This document shows positions 15,246 to 20,000 of a stretch of DNA of 20,000 bases, in pieces (position 1 is the stretch's first letter; each line of letters begins with the position of its first letter). Under the pieces are notes generated by a model. The model ran no database searches. It was given only the letters and a program-made list of their open reading frames with translations, and had not been told where the DNA came from. The stretch lies in the IMG/VR virus record IMGVR_UViG_3300008255_000131; one strand, 5' to 3'. Origin of the DNA: an uncultured virus (IMG/VR IMGVR_UViG_3300008255_000131). Its lineage: Duplodnaviria > Heunggongvirae > Uroviricota > Caudoviricetes. Both the position numbers and the translations under genes were made by a program.

Positions 15246-15647
15246 CTATTCATAGTGATCAGAAAATTTACTATCTTTTGAAAAGAAATCGTCGTTTTGT
15301 TCTCCTTCAATGTTTGAGCCTTTTCTCCATGTTTGATGATTTTCTGAAATCCATTCTTTTATGTAACATTCTATATAATATTCAATGTCGTCAGGAACCT
15401 CGACGACATGAACTCCACTTGATGATATTTTTTCTCCAAGCTCATCAAAAACCTGCAATAAGATTTCATCATTTCTAGGAACATCATGGTGAACAAAAAA
15501 ATTTTTATCCAAATTAAATTCTTTATATTCTGGATCGTTAATGGGCATAAATTCTTCAGAAGCCCAGCTTGCTCCAAGTTCTCTAGCTCGCAAAACGGCA
15601 GCTCGTGTCAAAGAGAGATTGTAAAATCCTGAAATTAAAAGGCGCAT
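15246..15647 (-). CDS. conserved phage hypothetical protein (133 aa)
   Basis: PRND..L.QV..ELG...S......VVEVPDDIEYYI....EWI.E.H.TW, a pattern recalled from a common phage family. Confidence 0.75.
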   Translation of the reverse strand: MRLLISGFYNLSLTRAAVLRARELGASWASEEFMPINDPEYKEFNLDKNFFVHHDVPRNDEILLQVFDELGEKISSSGVHVVEVPDDIEYYIECYIKEWISENHQTWRKGSNIEGEQNDDFFSKDSKFSDHYE

Positions 15648-15711
15648 GATTTATGCAATTGACCACAAAATCTTTGTTCTGTCAAGGGTTGAAAAATTTA
15701 TGGCTAGCATA

Positions 15712-15740
15712 TTGACTTATATTAGCTTTCGTCCTATACT
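15712..15740 (+). promoter_or_regulatory. sigma70-type promoter, leaderless, divergent
   Basis: TTGACT-17-TATACT-7 nt-ATG(15748). Confidence 0.75.
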
Positions 15741-15747
15741 TAGGTCT

Positions 15748-15921
15748 ATGTCTAAGAACAAGCCAATGAACGCTGAGCGACGCATCAGGGCTCGCTCCAA
15801 GCCAACTAAAGTCCGCGACCTGAATGCTCTTGCACTCATTTTGAGCCGCAAGGGCGGCCATCATGGTGATAAGAAGAAGGAGCAAGCTAGGAAATCTTGC
15901 CGGGAAGGGTGGCCGTCATGA
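15748..15921 (+). CDS. small basic protein (57 aa)
   Basis: Start corrected to ATG 15748: MSKNKPMNAERRIRARSKPTKVRDLNALALILSRKGGHHGDKKKEQARKSCREGWPS. Has its own promoter and terminator. Confidence 0.7.
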   Translation: MSKNKPMNAERRIRARSKPTKVRDLNALALILSRKGGHHGDKKKEQARKSCREGWPS

Positions 15922-16011
15922 GCGACGATCTGGTGGCACGATGGTTTTTCAAGTGCATGGACAAGAAAATATTCAGCGGCGACTTATTAACTAATAACTC
16001 ATAGATTCAAG

Positions 16012-16040
16012 AAAAAAGGGCGGATTAACCGCCCTTTTTT
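16012..16040. terminator. bidirectional intrinsic terminator
   Basis: AAAAAAGGGCGG-attaa-CCGCCCTTTTTT between convergent genes. Confidence 0.9.
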
Positions 16041-16698
16041 AGTTTAGATCATCACAAGACAAAGGCAGCTCGGTTGGGAGGGTGCCATCGATTTTGATTG
16101 CTGCAAAAGTTGCAAAAATCGGATCAAAATCGGATGGGCTTGGACTTTCCATGACATTGGTTACGAATCCCCAAGAACTAGAGCCGCAAAATGAAGATAG
16201 CTGAAAACTTCCATCAAGAATTATTGCAAGAAGAAGATCCGATCCATCAACAGGGTTTGACTTTCCTGCAATTGTCACAACTCCAGTTTCGTCTCCTGGG
16301 TTCAAGGTAAATTCTCCATTCACATGAGGAATATTACTATAAACCCAAGGATCTCCAATCAAAGTTCGAGGAGAAGTGATTGAACCTACATCAAGAGCAA
16401 GTGGCTGGAACGAGAAACTAACAAAATCTTCGTCCATACTCACGCTTACAATAAATTGCACCGGAAGTTCTGGGTCTAGATCTGCGGATTCTTGATATGG
16501 ATCAACAACTTCCATTGACAAGGTTAGGAGATAGTCTCCATCATGGAAATTAAAATCTCCGTCACCGTCACCGGCGGTTTCGCTTTCGTCAGAAGTGGAG
16601 GTTGAAGTATCATCGCCATCAACGCCAGGGCTTGCATCGTCAGCGCAAGCAAGGGACATGAGGAGGATTGCAGGGAGAAACTTGATTGCGTTCTTCAT
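16039..16698 (-). CDS. myxobacterial-type lipoprotein (219 aa)
   Basis: Signal peptide with lipobox (MSLA-C), S/T/D linker ending GDGDGD, then a beta-rich domain with two Cys. Confidence 0.8.
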   Translation of the reverse strand: MKNAIKFLPAILLMSLACADDASPGVDGDDTSTSTSDESETAGDGDGDFNFHDGDYLLTLSMEVVDPYQESADLDPELPVQFIVSVSMDEDFVSFSFQPLALDVGSITSPRTLIGDPWVYSNIPHVNGEFTLNPGDETGVVTIAGKSNPVDGSDLLLAIILDGSFQLSSFCGSSSWGFVTNVMESPSPSDFDPIFATFAAIKIDGTLPTELPLSCDDLN

Positions 16699-16704
16699 GG
16701 TTTC

Positions 16705-16732
16705 ATTATAAGGCCGTCATCAAAGATGGCAA
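16705..16732 (-). promoter_or_regulatory. sigma70-type promoter, leaderless
   Basis: TTGCCA-16-TATAAT-6 nt-ATG(16698). Confidence 0.8.
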
Positions 16733-16775
16733 CCCTTCTTTCGATCTTTTTTTTGTCGTTGCCCTGCAAGATTAT

Positions 16776-17015
16776 TCAATCATAATCATTTTTAAGAATG
16801 GCAATATATTCTTCTTTTGGAATGGCATGAATTCTTGCCGTCACCTTGTCTTTTGGAATCTCATCATACATTTTATTGAGCGCATCACCATACCTTTCAT
16901 AAGTAATTGCATCATCAATATTTTCTGACCAATCCGATCCATTCCAAAATTTTTGATTTGGAGGTTGTGCGCAAAGAAGAACTAAGATAAAATTTTGTTG
17001 TTCAAAAGTTTTCAT
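16776..17015 (-). CDS. hypothetical protein (79 aa)
   Basis: Co-oriented ORF; FWNGSDWSENIDDA motif. Confidence 0.7.
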   Translation of the reverse strand: MKTFEQQNFILVLLCAQPPNQKFWNGSDWSENIDDAITYERYGDALNKMYDEIPKDKVTARIHAIPKEEYIAILKNDYD

Positions 17016-17018
17016 TTA

Positions 17019-17462
17019 TTACCCGTGAGCATTTACCGCAGCAACAATTTCATAACTTAGTTTTGGAATATCGAAATCTTCATCTTGTTCTTTTTGTTCA
17101 GTTACAGCATCAAGCAGCTCTGAGCCCATCCAAGTTGCAAGATCGTGCCAAGCAACAAGCTTGTGAGAACAAGGATCTTCAATAAGTGTTACCGAACTTT
17201 CGATCCAATGATGGCCAACGCGAACAATAATATTTGCATAAAATCCATTTGAAATATTTCCGTCGTCGTCGTCAACATCTCCAGTTCCAAGATATTTTAC
17301 ACTTAAAACATGGACGTTTTGATTAGCAATTTCTTGGGCTTCGTCGGCAGGAATCCATTTCCCATCAACCCAGCAAAAGAGAGAGCCATCTTGACCAACG
17401 TCAAATGCTCCCATTGCGCACGAGAAAGAAATTTTTTCAAGATTTTTGATATTAATATTCAT
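17019..17462 (-). CDS. acidic hypothetical protein (147 aa)
   Basis: AAGGAG SD upstream. Confidence 0.75.
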   Translation of the reverse strand: MNINIKNLEKISFSCAMGAFDVGQDGSLFCWVDGKWIPADEAQEIANQNVHVLSVKYLGTGDVDDDDGNISNGFYANIIVRVGHHWIESSVTLIEDPCSHKLVAWHDLATWMGSELLDAVTEQKEQDEDFDIPKLSYEIVAAVNAHG

Positions 17463-17504
17463 TTTGTAATAACTCCTTATAAGGCGATAGTTGGTCGTTC
17501 CGGC

Positions 17505-17819
17505 TCAGGCAAATCCAAGCTTGGGTGCATTTTTATTTATATTGGTCTTTAGTTTTAATCCCAAAATGCAACAATTTTTATCTAGGGCAAGACTTGAAAG
17601 GGCACATGGAGTGTCCCTTGACGTAATATATGTGATCTCGGCTTCTAGTTCTTCTCCGGTGTACTTTCCAAGAAAAGGATCGTATTCACGCAATTTGACA
17701 ATTTCTCCAACGCAGAAATTCCGATCGCTCATGTCACGAAGATCATAAGGCTTGGTTCCATTTTTTATTGCTTGAAAAAAGACAGGCCAGCTTTTCAATT
17801 CATTTTTTATATTTTTCAT
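17505..17819 (-). CDS. DUF3850 / ASCH-like (PUA-fold) protein
   Basis: ELKSWP.FFQAI..G.K.YDLR...DRNF.VG....LRE......YTG......ITYI. Confidence 0.85.
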   Translation of the reverse strand: MKNIKNELKSWPVFFQAIKNGTKPYDLRDMSDRNFCVGEIVKLREYDPFLGKYTGEELEAEITYITSRDTPCALSSLALDKNCCILGLKLKTNINKNAPKLGFA

Positions 17820-17967
17820 TTTGTTGTGTTCTTTTTATATAGTTTTCATATTCTTCTTCTACTATCTTTTCAAGAATTGATCGATTATCATATTTTTTAT
17901 CCGCTGCCAAGACAATAATAAAGAATGTTAATGCAAATCCGGTTAGAAACCCAAATAAAAATGTCAT
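17800..17967 (-). CDS. small N-anchored membrane protein (55 aa)
   Basis: Not in the ORF track. MTFLFGFLTGFALTFFIIVLAADKKYDNRSILEKIVEEEYENYIKRTQQNEKYKK. ATG is 1 nt after the tRNA's CTA end. Confidence 0.6.
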   Translation of the reverse strand: MTFLFGFLTGFALTFFIIVLAADKKYDNRSILEKIVEEEYENYIKRTQQNEKYKK

Positions 17968-17968
17968 T

Positions 17969-18044
17969 TAGTCCGCCCATCCAGAATTGAACTGGTTTTC
18001 ATGCTTTATAAGAACATTGAGGAGACCGCCTCCTCCCTAGGCGG
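17969..18044 (-). tRNA. tRNA-Ile(UAU), non-canonical, copy 2
   Basis: CCGCCTA GG GAGGAG GCGGT CTCCTC A ATGTT CT-TAT-AA AGCAT GAAAA CCAG TTCAATT CTGG A TGGGCGG A CTA; 71/76 identical to copy 1. Confidence 0.85.
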
Positions 18045-18052
18045 GGAAACTA

Positions 18053-18829
18053 TTATCGTCCGCTTGATTCCATAATCACAAGCTTTCCATCTTGCTCGGA
18101 ACATGGGACGCAAGCAATCTGGGCGGAACTCTTGGCTCGGCAAATCTGCTTGCAGTGAGGACAACGCCACTTCTCATAGCCAACAGTAACCGCTGGCTTC
18201 GCGGTTGCAAGCCCCAAGAAAGGAAGTTTAAGCTCTTCGGGAAGAGTCTTGATAACTTGGGCAAAGTTTCCATCTTCCATAATTGAATGATGCATGGACA
18301 TTCCTGTCATCTTCGATGGGTTTTTGTTGTTGATGGGCTTCAACCCAACCGCGAGCATCTTGTCTGCCCACTCTTTGTTGTGGTAACCGCGCTTTCCGGG
18401 GTTACCATGGAGATCCTGCCAAAAGTGACAAAGCTCATGAACAAACGTGGCCATCGTCTCCTCAAATCCATACTTTGCCATTTTGGATGGATTCATTGAA
18501 ATCTCGGCCTTTTGCTCGGTTCCGCCTTGTTCGATCCAGGCTCCCTTATTTTCTGCAAGGAATCCCATGTAAAAGCCGAGAGTGCTCCGGCCAGCCGAGC
18601 GGCTACAGTTGAGGATTACTCGATTACGGTCGAGGTTGCCGAACAGATTTTCATTGAAGAAGTCAAAGAGACCATGCCAGGCGCCCCACAACTTCTCTGA
18701 TGCGCTTTGACTGTTGTCGGTATCTTCTCCAACAAGCTCATTATATGGAGGCAAAATATTTTCGGAGATTTCCGCAAAAGATCCTCCGTCGTCGGCCCAC
18801 AAGTCCAGTGCTTCGTTCATGTCGTTCAT
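18053..18829 (-). CDS. SprT-like zinc metalloprotease with C-terminal Zn ribbon
   Basis: F..FN..LF, EISMNP, TFVHELCHFWQ...G.P...GYHNKEWADKM..VGL.P, CPHC...CVPC. Confidence 0.88.
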   Translation of the reverse strand: MNDMNEALDLWADDGGSFAEISENILPPYNELVGEDTDNSQSASEKLWGAWHGLFDFFNENLFGNLDRNRVILNCSRSAGRSTLGFYMGFLAENKGAWIEQGGTEQKAEISMNPSKMAKYGFEETMATFVHELCHFWQDLHGNPGKRGYHNKEWADKMLAVGLKPINNKNPSKMTGMSMHHSIMEDGNFAQVIKTLPEELKLPFLGLATAKPAVTVGYEKWRCPHCKQICRAKSSAQIACVPCSEQDGKLVIMESSGR

Positions 18830-18849
18830 TGTGTTTCCCTTTCCCTTTC

Positions 18850-18878
18850 AGCTTAAGGCATCTTGAGTCCGAGCGCAA
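18850..18878 (-). promoter_or_regulatory. sigma70-type promoter
   Basis: TTGCGC-17-TAAGCT, then a purine-rich 20-nt leader to ATG 18829. Confidence 0.5.
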
Positions 18879-18901
18879 CCCCTAAAGGCGATTTAAATTG
18901 G

Positions 18902-19168
18902 TTACATGGCTGGGATGCAAACAGGCTCAGAAGCACCAGCAGGACAGTGAAGATTCAGACAACAAGCAGAATCGCCTGGATCGCAAGACTCACCAGCGCC
19001 AAGGCAAGATTCAGGAAGATCATTTTCAATTGAAGATCCTGTTTCGGTGGATGTTGCCGATTCTGTTGTCTCAGTTGTCTCGTTCCCTAAATTGGAAATA
19101 TCATCAGAACATCCGAGTCCAAAAATAACAAAGGCGAATGTAATAAACATTTTTGATAAATTATTCAT
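18902..19168 (-). CDS. small lipoprotein with C-terminal six-Cys knottin-like domain (88 aa)
   Basis: Start corrected to ATG 19168. Lipobox GLG-C, T/S/E linker, C-x6-C-x6-CC-x4-C-x8-C. Confidence 0.8.
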   Translation of the reverse strand: MNNLSKMFITFAFVIFGLGCSDDISNLGNETTETTESATSTETGSSIENDLPESCLGAGESCDPGDSACCLNLHCPAGASEPVCIPAM

Positions 19169-19174
19169 GTTTGC

Positions 19175-19203
19175 ATGATACAGGTTCTTGCTTGACAAGT
19201 CAA
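19175..19203 (-). promoter_or_regulatory. sigma70-type promoter, leaderless
   Basis: TTGACT-17-TATCAT-6 nt-ATG(19168). Confidence 0.75.
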
Positions 19204-19284
19204 GCAAAAAATTATTTACTAAATTCTTGCATGTCCTTTTTATTTACAAATAAAATCTGCATATTTATATGTCAGGAATATGAT

Positions 19285-19767
19285 ATGTTTTTAGTTGAAA
19301 AAGTTATTAGTAAATTATTGCTTATTGAAACCAGGAAACAATTATTGAAGTATTTACAATCAAAAATGCCAAATACGCCAAAGTATATTGTTCAGGATTT
19401 CTTTTATAAGAATTCAAAAGATCTTTCACAACAAGATATAGAAGAATTTGTGAAACAATATTCAAATATTAGATGGCAGTTGAAAAAAAACTTTTTTATA
19501 AGTTATGAAATCTTTGATGATGATACAAATAGAAGAATCAAAGAAAGAAGTGGTGGCGAAAAGAATCCTTTTGGAGTACCAAACGACAAGGAAAGACATG
19601 AAAAACAAAAAGAATTAATAAAAAAAGCAATGCCACAAGAACCAATTATTTTAATGCAAAATGGAAATAAACTTGAATTGGTCGAAGGTTGGCATAGAAC
19701 AATTCAATTACTAAACTTATATCCAGAAGGCTATAGGTATCCTAATGTATACATTGGAACGAAATAA
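19285..19767 (+). CDS. ParB/Sulfiredoxin-like domain protein (about 160 aa)
   Basis: EPIIL.....ELVEGWHR matches the ParB/Srx PI.v....l.dG.HR motif. Likely start is ATG 19285, with AGGA upstream. Confidence 0.7.
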   Translation: MFLVEKVISKLLLIETRKQLLKYLQSKMPNTPKYIVQDFFYKNSKDLSQQDIEEFVKQYSNIRWQLKKNFFISYEIFDDDTNRRIKERSGGEKNPFGVPNDKERHEKQKELIKKAMPQEPIILMQNGNKLELVEGWHRTIQLLNLYPEGYRYPNVYIGTK

Positions 19768-19793
19768 AAGAGCGCAATGTGCGCTCTTTTATT
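19763..19793. terminator. bidirectional intrinsic terminator
   Basis: AATAAAAGAGCGCA-atg-TGCGCTCTTTTATT. Confidence 0.88.
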
Positions 19794-19877
19794 TTATCCT
19801 GCAATGGGCAGTTCCTCAATCGGGACTTCGCTGGTCATTGGAGTAATAAAATGGTATTTTGCTTAGTTCTTTCATAT

Positions 19878-20000
19878 TTACTCCAATTTCCATCCATTTT
19901 CAATAAGATTTCGCTTAAGATCTTCGATAGCTTCATTCTTGAGATCCTCATAATATCCCATTTCTTGACGGAAAAACTTTTCTTTTGAAGCATCAGTATC
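19878..20000 (-). CDS. 3' end of a hypothetical protein entering from the right edge
   Basis: ...DTDASKEKFFRQEMGYYEDLKNEAIEDLKRNLIENGWKLE*. Confidence 0.5.
   Translation of the reverse strand, partial: DTDASKEKFFRQEMGYYEDLKNEAIEDLKRNLIENGWKLE

Noticed and set aside
15657..15685. TTGACA upstream of ATG 15647 as another promoter
   Set aside because: The -35 is perfect but the -10 at 17 bp (TCAATT) is poor; plausible but not supportable.
2225..18044. The two tRNA-Ile copies as attL/attR of an integrated element
   Set aside because: Both are full-length with structure-preserving substitutions, no integrase is present, and gene style and promoters are the same inside and outside the interval. 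An old duplication cannot be excluded.
1018..19128. Most plus-strand track ORFs (e.g. 1405..1893, 3001..3345, 4252..4650, 9321..9647) and nested minus-strand ORFs (e.g. 948..1229, 7575..8033)
   Set aside because: They are antisense or alternate-frame shadows of better-supported genes, rich in F/L/S and without motifs or expression signals.

Overview
AT-rich, gene-dense segment that most likely comes from the early/accessory region of a large (jumbo-type) bacteriophage. Nearly all genes are short, on the minus strand and tightly coupled (ATGA/TAATG overlaps). I recognise no housekeeping, virion-core or replication genes. Recognisable products are a TrmH/SpoU RNA methyltransferase (cut by the left edge), a minimal protein-kinase-like protein, a DEDDh exonuclease, a GHKL ATPase fused to an HEXXH zincin, three more HEXXH proteins (one SprT-like), a DUF3850/ASCH-like protein, a DUF6900-like protein, a ParB/Srx-like protein and two myxobacterial-style lipoproteins. 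There are three tRNA genes: Arg(UCU) and two copies of a structurally non-canonical Ile(UAU). The most striking observations are: (1) a 14-member paralogous family of about 70-80 aa proteins in five clusters, six of them translationally coupled behind the ATPase-peptidase; (2) about 14 sigma70-type promoters, most placing the ATG 6-9 nt after the -10 box (leaderless mRNAs); (3) duplicated Ile(UAU) tRNAs with a covarying 6-bp D-stem; (4) four frameshifted or deleted genes. Family names are recalled from motifs and were not checked by database search.
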